Positions 1 to 11,797 of a DNA stretch of 64,000 nt are shown here, piece by piece. The stretch lies in NCBI GenBank assembly GCA_000002445.1, contig CH464491.1:4320001-4384000 (forward strand), read 5' to 3'. The translations under genes and the position numbers were made by a program. The notes under the pieces are model-generated. The model was not told where the DNA came from. It saw nothing but the letters and a program-made list of their open reading frames with translations, and made no database searches. Every line of letters begins with the position of its first letter. Within the stretch, counting starts at the first letter, position 1. The stretch comes from Trypanosoma brucei (taxonomy: Eukaryota).

Positions 1-1659
1 GTACACAACACGCCCACATCGCGGATTTGCGTACTGCAGGGCTTGCATCAACTCCGACCGCAGGTAATGGAAAAGTTTGTTGACTCTCGGACAGACAGAC
101 ACAAACCGGTTCACCACAGCATTTCCCTCCCCCTCCTCCTCCCCCTCCATGGCACCACTAACACCTAATGCATAACGGGGCTTGCAACCGTCGGCGGTTG
201 TATCTGGGCAGCACAGTACATAATTGCAGTTGCCACGTAACCCCTCATGTACTTGACGCGGAGGGGCTCGTAGCAACACGTGACCCTCAACACCAGCGTG
301 ATAACCCGTGCTAAACTGCAATTCAACCGCGCCACTCCTCAAACAACCCTCTGCGCTGCTGTTGGCCGCGGGGACGTCTTCCTCATCTGCCCGAGCACTG
401 ACATGACACTTGCGGCTTGCCACATTGCTCGTACCCGAACCAACCACACAACCAACCTTACGGTTTGGAGACACTAATGAAATAACGACATATCCTACAC
501 TACTTTCCCCTCCTTCACTGGGATACGCCATGTAACTAGCGATGTCTTTACTGTAAAAACGCTCAGACATGCGGTACGATCGGCTAGACATGTCAAGAAT
601 AATCTGCGTATCAGCGACGGCACTAGTGACTCTCAACAGCAAAGGGATCAACACACCCAAAAGATCTGAATCAATAAGTGTATCAGCAGCCACCTGTCGC
701 TGCAACCAATACATGTGACCAATCGTCAAAGGTGAGCTCTTCATTACTTGGTGTACCCCACTCACCTCTGGGACGCATGATATCTCATCCTCCAGGAACG
801 ACGCCAAACTCGCCGCTTCACGAGAGGTGGTTTCCGCTCCCACCATGTCATCTTGCCGCTGCGCAACGACGCACTCATTAACCGAAACACCTGCAGGTTC
901 ATTAGGTGGTAGAGCGGAGGGAGAATTCGATGTGTTAAGAAGGGCCATTGGGTCGCAAGTGGATTGGCGGGGAAATAATTCTGCAGAAAAGAGCAGCGGA
1001 TGAGCGGGGTGTTGTGTGAACACGGCTCCGCGGCCCGAACTCTGAGCACTTTGTGCGTGCCGAAGCAACTGCCAGAGGGTCACAAAACGGACAAATGGAA
1101 AAGCGGAGTTCACAATGAGCAAAAGACCCGGTGGTCCCGTCATGATGTCAACAAGACGTTGGCCCTCTGCCCCCGTTACCAACCCCTGCCGCTCGTAATA
1201 TTCAGCGAAAAAACGGCGATGAGCATCTCGGGCTTCCTCCGCTCGTTCCTCATCCGACTCAATGTCCGCTTCCATAACATTCTCCACATCAACCTCCGTA
1301 TCCGACGTTAACGCCAGCTCCTCGAAAAAGTGACGGGCAAGTTGCATGGTGGAGACCGTCCGCTCCACCGCGTCGTCGGCGTCTTCCTGAGCTAAAAAAG
1401 CAGCCGCTTCATCATCATTAGCGAACGAGACGCCCTCCACGAAGCCACCGGCGTCACGATCAACAGGATTGGGAATTAAACGTACTGGACGGGCGTTGGT
1501 CCACTCACCGCGCAGTAACTCACGGCGGTCTTGCGGAGTCATCCGCCCGATATCGCCCCAACCATGACGTAGCGAGGCAGAGGGCATGTCAGTAATGGAA
1601 CGTGGGATTCGGCGACTTCCACCGCGTTGCAACAACATCAAATGAGTGGTACGGATCAT
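1..1659 (-). CDS. Hypothetical protein, N-terminal ~553 codons; the 3' end lies beyond the left window edge. Weak, unconfirmed resemblance to the N-terminal region of NOL1/NOP2/Sun RNA methyltransferases.
   Basis: Reverse-strand ATG at 1657-1659 opens a frame with no stop down to position 1 (hand-translated: MIRTTHLMLLQRGGSRRIPRS...RRFFAEYYERQGLV...LIPLLLRV...IILDM...). It is absent from the ORF track only because there is no in-window stop. GC-rich, coding-like composition contrasting with the flanks. The F-x-x-YY-x-x-Q and IPLLLxV...ILDM spacing recalls NSUN2/Trm4, but no AAPGSKT AdoMet motif follows ILDM. Confidence 0.55.
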   Translation of the reverse strand, partial: MIRTTHLMLLQRGGSRRIPRSITDMPSASLRHGWGDIGRMTPQDRRELLRGEWTNARPVRLIPNPVDRDAGGFVEGVSFANDDEAAAFLAQEDADDAVERTVSTMQLARHFFEELALTSDTEVDVENVMEADIESDEERAEEARDAHRRFFAEYYERQGLVTGAEGQRLVDIMTGPPGLLLIVNSAFPFVRFVTLWQLLRHAQSAQSSGRGAVFTQHPAHPLLFSAELFPRQSTCDPMALLNTSNSPSALPPNEPAGVSVNECVVAQRQDDMVGAETTSREAASLASFLEDEISCVPEVSGVHQVMKSSPLTIGHMYWLQRQVAADTLIDSDLLGVLIPLLLRVTSAVADTQIILDMSSRSYRMSERFYSKDIASYMAYPSEGGESSVGYVVISLVSPNRKVGCVVGSGTSNVASRKCHVSARADEEDVPAANSSAEGCLRSGAVELQFSTGYHAGVEGHVLLRAPPRQVHEGLRGNCNYVLCCPDTTADGCKPRYALGVSGAMEGEEEGEGNAVVNRFVSVCPRVNKLFHYLRSELMQALQYANPRCGRVVY

Positions 1660-1945
1660 TTTGTTACCTGCAGCAGCAGCAGCAGCAGTTATAGAACAAA
1701 AAAAAAGAAAAAGAGAAAGTACCTTCCCCCTCCCTCCCTCCCTTCCCCCTTGAAGAGAGGAAAAAAAAAAGAAAACTCCGGTACCTCTAAGCGTTTTGAA
1801 GCACGCTGCAGAGGGGGAGGAAACGAGGGGAATACTAACGAAACGTGTGTACCACCTCTGATATGGTTTTCAACTACTACTCAATGGACAGCGTAATGAA
1901 AGCAGAAAATTAAAGAAATTAAAGAAATAGCTGGACGAAAAACCT

Positions 1946-1980
1946 GTATGTGTATGTGTGTGTGTGTGTGTGTGTATGTG
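1946..1980. repeat. (TG)n microsatellite
   Basis: tgtatgtgtgtgtgtgtgtgtgtgtatgtg read directly. Confidence 0.9.
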
Positions 1981-2233
1981 AACAATTTCATCAAGTGAAT
2001 GAATTAAATAATAATTGAATGAATGGCAGAGAATAGATAAGAAATGACAATAGCACGTCACTAAGCGACTTAATGAACGGCTCTACCACCAAACACATGC
2101 GGTGACCTCATTCCAATAGGGTAGCACGACAAGATAACAAACGCATCAGCATAAGCAAATAGCGTGATGTAGCAACAGTGACTGTAAGGAGGACCGGGTA
2201 AAAAAAAAATAAAGAGAAAAGAGTCAAATTCCG

Positions 2234-2530
2234 TCACTTCGTGAGCTCCTGTATCACAACAAGCAAGAATTCCTCGTGGCATTTGATAATAATTTCGTTG
2301 TTGAGGGATCGTACTCGCACAGCATCAAGAGACTCATCCGCACTAAACAAAAGAGCAGCATCACGCGCGAGGTCGGCTGCCATGTTGCTGTACGCCACGG
2401 CACGGTTTCGATCCAAGTCTTGAAAACTATCACGGATTGGTTCACCGTTGCGGTTGCACACAACAGCGCCTGCAACACCTTTCGTATATGTAATGAGTTC
2501 CAGCACACTTTCCACGCGCTCACTCGTCAT
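2234..2530 (-). CDS. Dynein light chain, roadblock/LC7 type (98 aa)
   Basis: The C-terminal 98 aa of ORF 2234..2686 reads MTSERVESVLELITYTKGVAGAVVCNRNGEPIRDSFQ...RVRSLNNEIIIKCHEEFLLVVIQELTK, matching roadblock/LC7 proteins in length and order (KGVxGxxVxNxxGxPI ... RxRSxxNEI ... FLxVIQ). The longer ORF-track N-terminus runs through a (CA)n microsatellite, so the ATG at 2528-2530 is the likely start. Confidence 0.8.
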   Translation of the reverse strand: MTSERVESVLELITYTKGVAGAVVCNRNGEPIRDSFQDLDRNRAVAYSNMAADLARDAALLFSADESLDAVRVRSLNNEIIIKCHEEFLLVVIQELTK

Positions 2531-5500
2531 AATGACAGTTGACACGACTCTGCTGAATACAATTACGTATAAATATATGAATATGTGTTGGTATTCTAAT
2601 GCGTGGTGGCACACTAACAAACAAACAAACAAATAAACACAAACACACACACACACAACTTCAATTTTGTTCAGTTTCACCCACACAGTTCCCTCTGCAA
2701 TAGGGAAAAAGGTGCAATCGGGTCTTGTATTTTAATTCCCCTTTGATCCGTTAATACGGATTTCGCTGCTTCTTTTATTTTTTTAAAAAATTAAAGTTCT
2801 GTCTCTTCCTTTGATTCCCTCAAGTTGTTTTTTTTGTTTGTTTGTTTCCCCTCCTTGAATCTTACTTTATGTAGTACCTTTCCATGGAGTTAAATGAGGA
2901 GTTTTTTTTAAATAAAAAAAAAGGAGAAGCGAGGAGCAAACAAACAAACGAAATAAGATTGATTCAGCCAAACCACATGATGCAAAAGGCACGTAATGGG
3001 AAAATATTACAACAATAATAAGGTAAAAAAATATATAAATATATAAGAAAGGATATGAATAATAATAATAATATGCTCATGCCAGTGATAATGCTGCAGA
3101 CACTTTGAGCACAACATTCTACATTGCTGTTTCTTTTCCTTTTTTTTTGTGTATGTGGGGCGGGGGTTTCCTTGTATTTTCCTTCTCTTTGTTGTTGTTG
3201 TTGCTTTTATGTTCTCCTCTTATATTTATTTTTCCTTCCTTTTTAATTCATTTTGAAGGGAAATAAAGAGGAAGTGTACTTTTCTCTTTTCGTTTCTTTT
3301 TGTTTTTTTTGTACAAACTTTTGTACCCACCAAAAACTAAAAAAAAACAAGGATTAAATAATACCCACCGGCATGAAGAACGATGCGCTACGCTGCTTTC
3401 TGATGCTTGTGTGTTCGTGTTGGTATATATATATATAAGAAAGTGGGAGGTGGTGGGACACTTTTTTTTTTGTGTGTGTGTATATATTCATTTTATTATT
3501 TCATTTGTGTATTTTTTTTGAAATTTTTTTAAATTTAATTTTTATTTTTCTATTTCATATTATATTTTATATCTCCTACAAGTGTGAGCGGCGCCGCTTT
3601 TAAATTTCCCCACACTCACAAACATATATTCCCATCTTTTATTGCACCATCATTATTATTATAATATACCGCCATTAACACAAACACCACCACCCTTCAC
3701 ACACTAGCGAGAAAACAAACAAACAAATATAAATATATAAATGTTTCTTTGTTTTATATTTATATATTTATCTATATATGCCTGTGCAAATAATAATATT
3801 TTTTGTTAAAAAAGGAAAAGGGAAGAGGAAAAGTATTTGTCAACGAGCGTAGGGACGAAAAAAAAAAAAAGAGGTACACAGGAATAAAATTTAAAAGGAA
3901 GAAAAAAATTCTGCAAGAAAAAAAAGGGGAAAGTAATAAAAACAACAACAACAATAATAATAATAATAGTACTAAAAAGAAAGGGAAGCGGAAGAAGGAA
4001 GAAGGAAGAATTTCGCATGAAAATGCAGAAGTTCAACACGAAACAAACCAAAGCAACCACAAAAAAAAAAGCAAGCCAAAGAGCGAATACATCAGAAAAA
4101 GAAAAAAGAAAGAGGAGAATTTAAATAATAACAGACGCACGCGTACCATAACGGGAAAAGAAAAAAAAATGAGAAAGCAAAGACACACATAACGTTTGTT
4201 GCGACATTTTGTTTTTTTTTCTTTTTTCTTCTTTTTGAAATAATAAACACTGATAGCAGCGGATAAAAGAAAAAGGAGGAATCCTTTTTTTATTGTTTGT
4301 TTGTTTGTTTTCCTCCCTTTTTAATTTAATTATTGGGGAGACGGAGCGAACTCTGATAGCCCCTACAAACGGCGATGTTGCAGAAATAAAAACCTTTTTT
4401 GTTTTTTTCTTTTCATTTTCTTCTTTTAGGTTTCCACTATATCTTCTCAAACCGTATGCAAAATAATTCTTTTCTTGGTCTTCTTCATTTCAGCGACATT
4501 TCTTCCACTTTTTTTTTCTTTTTGGCTTTTCTTTTTTATTTTATTGTATTTTATCTTTTTTCTGATTTCGCCTTTTTGTGTGTTTGTTTTATTATTGCTG
4601 CAGCAGGTAAGAAGAAGAGTGAACTGAGTAGAGTAGACATCACGACACAAAACGATAATAACAATAAAAACAACAATAATAATAATAATAATAAAACACC
4701 GAAGGCAACAACGCAAAGAAATGGAGAAGGGCAAAAAAAAAAAGTAAACACTGCGCAAACATCCCACCCATTCAAGCATCCAAAAAAAAAAAAAAACATA
4801 AATTTATACTCGTTTATATAAATAAATATATAAATATATTCTCTTTTTTTAAAAAAAAAACATTCTAATGATACGTGCCATCAAAGCATTTTCGTATATT
4901 TCTTATGCACAATGATATCATGACTTCAACTTTCAGTTGCAGGTGAATGTCATCTCCCCCTCTTTTTCTATCCTTTTTTTTTCCTATTATTATTATTCTA
5001 TTTTTTCACTTCACACACATATATATATATACATATACATATATTTGTATTGCCGCGTTTCATTTCACTCCTTTTCTTTTCTCTGCATCCTTTTTGTTGT
5101 TGTTGTTGTTTTCTTTTTCAATTTGATTTCTTCGGTAATTGTGTTTAACCGAAAGTAATGTAGGAATGAAAGAACGGATGAAAAAGAAGCCGGCAGTAAA
5201 GAAGAGGAAACACTCCACCGGCGATAACATGAACAATAATAATAATAATAATTTATAGCTAATAATAATAATAATATAACTATCGACAGATCTCAGGGAG
5301 AAACGGAGATAAAAAAGAAAAAGCGCAAAGAAAAAAAAGAAAGAAGGACGGGGAAGATCGATTTAGACATTATTATTATTATTATTATTTTGCACGGCGG
5401 CACGGTATACACCTTCAAAATGCACACATGTAACTTGACTATTGAAACAAAAAACAAATCAAAACAAAACAAAAAAAAAAGAACGCAATTCAGAATTCCA

Positions 5501-6423
5501 CCTCCTTCACTCAGTCAGTGGCTTTTATTTGTTATTATTATTTTTTTTTGCAGTTCTGTTGCTTTTTGGTTTTTTTTCTCTCTTTCTCTCTCTTTTCTCC
5601 TTCCTTTTTTAAAAAACATTTGCTCCTTTTAAGTACTTTTTGTTTAATTGCATTTGCTACTGAAGCCAATAAATTTTTCTTTTTTTTAAAAAAAATACTA
5701 CATAAGAAATAAAATATTCAAAACAAAAAATAAAATAATACAAAATAAAGACGACTTCACTTTCTTTTTTTTTCCCCCTCCTCCTCCTTCTCTCCCTTGT
5801 TCCGTCTTGATTTCCACAACAACAACAACGCAAAACTTAAAAACAAAAAAAACACTATCGGGAACCGTTTTCTTTTCTTTTCTTTTCTTTTCTTTCTTTC
5901 TTTTCGTTGTTATTGTTGTTTGTTGTAGTTGTTCTCTCCCTTCTTTTTGAGTTTTCGATTTCCTATTAATATCTCCCTTTTCCTTTTTCATTTCTTTTTT
6001 TAAAAAAAAACAGAAAAGGGAAATTAAAACACCCTCTCGTGTTGTCATTATTATTATTATTATTATTATTATTGTTACTACTACTGTCCCCTTCATAACA
6101 TCACCTCCTTTAAAAATTAAAGACACAAAAATGTCACTCGGCTTTTCTTGTGTTTATTTATTTATTTATTTTTTTCTCTTCTTTTCCTCTGTTACTGTTA
6201 CTTTTAGAAAATAGGAAAAAATGAAGGGAAAATTTGTTGTTGTTGTTTTTCAAAAAAAAAAAAAAGATTCTTTTATACTTCAGCAATTTGAAATATCCAC
6301 GATAATTCGCTTCCGTGGTTCATATTGATTTGTCTTCACATAAATAATTATGTTTATTTTGTAAGCGCTTCAGCGTGTAGACACGAGAGATGTACTCCTC
6401 ATCACGCTCATTCTTCACTTTAC

Positions 6424-6428
<5 letters not shown>

Positions 6429-6471
<43 letters not shown>
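6429..6471. repeat. (AT)n microsatellite, ~21 units
   Basis: Uninterrupted atatat... run. Confidence 0.9.
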
Positions 6472-6472
<1 letters not shown>

Positions 6473-7303
6473 CTTTAAAATAATTTCAGTCAATTTTAAA
6501 CATTATTATTATCATTATTATTATTGTCATTATTATTATTACTGTTATGATTTATCACCACTCTGTAATAGTAGTAGTAGTGGTAGTAATAATAATAATG
6601 ATAATAATAATCATAATAATCATAATAATATTGATGTCATCGTCATTTGCCTTCAATTCCTGCACACTTATTCACTCACTTACTCATTTATTGTTTATAT
6701 CCTCCGGTACTCTCTGCTTCATCATATATATAAATACATAAATATTTAACTTTTTTTTCAAATATTTATATGTATTTGTGTGCATTTGCGTATGTGTGCA
6801 TTTGGGTGTTCGTGTTTACCGCCAGCTTTCAAATATAATATATATGCTACACATTTCCTTCCATTAATTCCTTTTGCTTTTGTCCCTTTTTTTTCTTTTT
6901 TTCCTTTCTTTTTTGCTGTCATTTTCTAAAGGGAAGAAATCAAAAAAAAATTGTTCGTCATTTCACCTGACCACTGATTTGATTTTGTATATTTTGATTT
7001 CATTATATATTTATATATGTTGTTTTCTTTGTTTTCTTTGTTTTTTTTTAGTAATGCATTTCCCTTGTATAAATATATATATATAAAGTAATTATAAGAA
7101 GAACAATCATAAACAAATAAATAAGCGATGAAAAGATATTATATTTCAAACCAACAGAAAAAGAAAAAAGGAAGAGGAAGAGGGAAATGAAAAGTGGAGA
7201 ACAGAAAGGTAAAGACAGAAGTAATAGAAAAATAGATATGAAACAAAGGGAAACAATAAACAACAAAAACAGTAGTGAATCGAAGAAAGAAAGTAAGTAA
7301 GAA

Positions 7304-7323
7304 AGGAAGGAAGGAAGGAAGGA
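7304..7323. repeat. (GGAA)n microsatellite
   Basis: aaggaaggaaggaaggaagg. Confidence 0.85.
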
Positions 7324-8242
7324 CAAGAAAAAAAAAAGAGGGGGAAAGGGAAAGCCAATCAATCAATAAATTAACAGTTAAAAATAATTATAAATAGTGA
7401 TTAAATAACAAAAAAAACAAAAAGAAACAGAAAATAAAAAGTTATATCATATCATATAATTTTATATAATAATGGTGGCGAAGACCCGGAGAAAAAAAAA
7501 CAAAAAAATTGAGAATGTGTCCAAAAAAGAAAAACCAAGAAAGGAAAGAAAAGGAAGGAATATCAAGTAAGGGAAACTTAAGTAAATAACACCTTCACTC
7601 ACCCACACCTTGAAGCACATCGAAGAGTCCAATAAACACATTAAATGCATAAATATAAATATAAAAATATATATACGTCTTTTGTTTTTTTTCTTCTTTC
7701 CTCTTTATTTGGTTGTTTGTTTATACGCTTACGTCCGTACACGCGCCTGTGTGAGGGTGTGTAATCTTTTTTTCTTTTTTTTAAAAAAATTATTCTTTCT
7801 TTCTCTTTCTCTTTCTCTCTCTCCCTTTCTTTTTCCCTACCCCCTCCTTTTAAACTTCTTTTTCTTTTTCTTTGTCTTATTGTTTTTGTTTTTGTCTTTG
7901 CTGTTGTTGTTGTTTTGTTGATTTTTTTTAAAAATTTTTTTCTTTATATTTATATTTACGTGTTTGTTGGACTCATATAAATATGTGTACATATATTTGG
8001 TGTGTGCTCGCATGTTTGCATGCATGCATGCGTGTGTTTGTGTTTGCGTGTAAATAACCCTTTTCCTTATTTTTCCTTCCTTCCTTTCTTTTTTTCTTTT
8101 TCTTTTCTATTCCAATTCTCATTTCTCTTAAAACTTCTCTGTTATTATTCTCGTCTTTTTTGTCTTTTGTCTTTTTCTTTTTTTTTTTAATTGGGCGCGT
8201 GTGTGTGTGGGGGTGGGGGGAAGTAAATCCAGGAAATTAAAA

Positions 8243-8245
<3 letters not shown>

Positions 8246-8282
<37 letters not shown>
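8246..8282. repeat. (TA)n microsatellite, ~18 units
   Basis: Uninterrupted tatata... run. Confidence 0.9.
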
Positions 8283-8283
<1 letters not shown>

Positions 8284-8370
8284 TTTTTTTTATTTTTCTT
8301 CTTTCGGTTTACTTTTTCGTCGTTTTTATTTCTTTTCGTTTCGTTTTCTCCTTACTTCCTCTGTTAACAA

Positions 8371-8470
8371 TAATAATGATGATAACAATAGTGACTATAA
8401 TAATAATAATAACAACAATATTAAAAATAATGGTAATAGTAATAACAATAATAATAATAATAGTAACAGT
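8371..8470. repeat. Compound (AAT)n/(AAC)n trinucleotide repeat block
   Basis: aataatgatgataacaatagtgactataataataataataacaacaat...aataataataatagtaacagtaat. Confidence 0.8.
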
Positions 8471-10204
8471 AATATAAGTCACACACACACAAAAAAAAAG
8501 ATTATAAAAGAAAAAAACAGAAAGGAGAGGAGAGGAGAAAAAAGGAAAGAAAAAGTCACACTACAAAAAAAAAAGAAAGGGGAAATAAAGAAGAGAGAGA
8601 GAGACAAAAATGAAAAAGGGTCGATCACCCGTGGGAGGAACGTGTAAATTAAATAATAATTGCCGTATCTTACAGATGTACATATGACACACACACAAAA
8701 AAAAAAAGAAAGTACAAAACAAAAATATATTTATATCAATTCTTTATTTATTTTAAATTTTTATTTTATTTCTACAAGAAAGGTCAACACAAGAGAATGG
8801 AGTAATCGTAACGAAAATGCTAAAATCTAAAAAAAAAATTCTCCCTCCCCTCCACACCATACCAAAACAACGAAGAAAAAAACTAAACTAAAACAACAAG
8901 AATAAAAATAAAAATAAAAAAAAAGATAAATTAAAAAAAATTTAAAAAAAACATAATAATAAAAAGACATGAAAAATCAGAAGGGAAGGAGGCAACACAC
9001 CAACAAGTAAATAAAATATGCCATAAATAAAATGTGATGTGGCCTCGGATTCCGCACGCTCACTAAATATAAATATTTATATATTTATTATTATTATATA
9101 TATATTTATATATTCTCTCATCAAACCCCTCCTCCACTTGCTTCTTTTTTTTTATTCTTTTTATTCCTTTCCTTTCTTCCTGCGTTATGGGATTACACCC
9201 GCATCTCTCACAAAAGAAAAAAGAAAAATAAAGAAAAAAAGAAACCCGACAACAACAACAAAAAAAACACACATTTCTCTGCCCGTGTTAATTCGGCACG
9301 CCTTTCACTCCCTCCAATTTCCACCCTCTTTGTTTCCTATAATATATTCATTTTATTTATTCATTTTATTTTATTTTTTGCCTATCCGTCCGTGTTCCTT
9401 TCTTTTCTTTTTTCTATTTTCTTATATTTCTTTTGTGTGGACTCCCGCACGCGAAGAGGGCACAAAATATTTCTCACTCGCCACAATCTCCAAACCCTCA
9501 AACTAAAGAGAAGGGAGGGGAAAAACAAAAAAAGTAGAGAAGTAAAACAAAAAGAAACCATCCCCCAAAGCGTCAGCTATCATATAAATAAATATATAAA
9601 TATATATAAATATATAAATATAAATAAATATATATTTATATAATTTCCTATTCCTTCTTTTAATCTTCTACAAAACTGAAAATGTACGTTTTTTTTTTTC
9701 CCTCCCCACACTTTTTTTGTTGTCTAATAATCATTTCGCTGCTTTACAGCTTCACTACATAATAAACAACAACAATATACTTCACAAACAACACAATAAC
9801 CAAAGAAAAGTAAATAGTAACAGACAAAACAAAACAAAACAAAAGCATCATTGGAACCCTTTCAAAGGTGGTCAGTTATTTTAATAAATTCATTCATTTA
9901 TTTATTTCATTTATTTTCCTTTCCTTTTTTTTTTTTACCCCTCATCTATTTCTTTTATTTTATTTTCTTCCTTTTTTTTTTATTCCCCCCTTTTTAATTC
10001 CTTTTTCATCCCTTGTTTAGTTTTTTGTCTTTCCTTTCCTTTTCCTCCTTCATTCCCTAATTGTTTCTGAAGTTGATCATGAACCCCATCAAAACAGGGA
10101 AATTGAGATGCACTTTTTTCTTCTTTTTTAAAAAACAAAACAAAACAAAAACAATAATTTAAAGAAAGAAGAAGAAAAACGTAAAGGAAGAAAAAAGAAG
10201 AAAA

Positions 10205-10221
10205 TGATAATGATGATTATA

Positions 10222-10252
<31 letters not shown>
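10205..10252. repeat. (ATA/ATG)n trinucleotide repeat
   Basis: gataatgatgattataataatgataatgataataataataataataat. Confidence 0.85.
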
Positions 10253-11353
10253 TATTCAAAAATGAAATAGGAGGAAAAGACACTAAACAAAAAAAAGTAA
10301 AGGAACTTGAAAAGTGAGATAAAACAATAAATAAAAGCAAAACGAAAAAAAAAACAAGAACAAAAGGACGAAAAAAAAATGGCAATGAAAGGGATTGGGA
10401 TGAAAAAGAAAAAAAGAAAAAACAAAAACAGAAACAAAACAATACAGTAAAAGATAATGATAATGATGAAGCGCTCGGCGTGTTAAAGTGCAACAATAAA
10501 AAAAAAACAAAAACGGTTCAGTGGACGGAAAAGTCGAAGGTTACTGGAAACAAAAAGCGTAGACGGGAAGGGGAAGAGAGAAGCAGAGTTAGAGGAAATA
10601 AATAAAACAAAACAAAAAAGTTTTTATATTCTTCTTTTATTATTATTATTATCTCCTTTACAATAATACTAATAATAAATAAAATAAATGAATAAAATGA
10701 TAACAACGGAGAAGAACGTAAAAGAGGAGCAACAAAGCGGAAGCAAACGAACAGACACACTGATGGAAAAATATGATGAAATATTTTTTGAAAAAAAAAA
10801 GGAAAAGAAAGGTAAAGTAAGATTGGGGGACTAAGCACACACACAAACAAACATGAATAAACATATAAAACTAAATATATAACCAAATATATAAATATTT
10901 ATGTGCTCACTCAATATCCCCCTTTATTTTGTCTTTTTCAGTATCATTATCATTATTTTATTTTATTTATTTATTTATTCTCCCCCTTCTTTTCCTTTTT
11001 TTTATATTTCCCATCTTATTTTTCTTTCTTCCATTTTGTTCGCTACATCATTTCATTTCACTCTTTACGTTATCTCTCTCCATCTCTTTCTCTCTCCTTC
11101 TCTCTCGTTGTTCTTCCTGCATCACAACTATTTTCAGTTTCTTTTTTTTTTGCTTTTTTTTGATTTTGTTGCTGTTGTTATTTTCTCTCCCATCTCCCTT
11201 TCTTTTTTTTTCTTTTAAAAAAAAAGCAAAAAAAAGTTTTTTTTTCCCCTTCCTCCAAATGATCCGATCAACGCACAAACGCACAAACACACACTTCGCT
11301 GTTGAATCATTCCCTCCCTCCCCAAAGAAAAAAAAACAAAAAACAAAAAGAAG

Positions 11354-11418
11354 CTCACTCACTCACTCACTCACTCACACGCACGCACACACACATATAT
11401 ATATATATATATATACAC
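11354..11418. repeat. Compound microsatellite (CTCA)6-(GCAC)2-(AC)n-(AT)n
   Basis: ctcactcactcactcactcactcacacgcacgcacacacacatatatatatatatatatat. Confidence 0.9.
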
Positions 11419-11771
11419 CATTCACATATTCAAACAAAAAACGAATGAAAACAAAACAAGAAAAAAAAGGTAAATAAAATTAAATTAAAGTAGGAAAAAA
11501 AACAAAAAAAATTGACGCCACAACAATTTGTTGAAGCAAACGAAGAGGGGAAAAATATGAAAAATGGACAAAGGAAAAGGGCAGCAGCAGCAGCAGCACC
11601 CGCTGCTGGTGCCACACACAAATTCACTCATTTGTTCAATCACTCATATCATTAAATACGTATATTATATATATCTACATATATGACAGAACACATTTAC
11701 GCAATAGTAATAGTAATAATAATAATAATTATTATTATAGTAATAATATATAGATATATTTACTTATGGAA

Positions 11772-11797
11772 ATATATATATATATATATATATATAT
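11772..11797. repeat. (AT)n microsatellite
   Basis: atatatatatatatatatatatatat. Confidence 0.85.
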
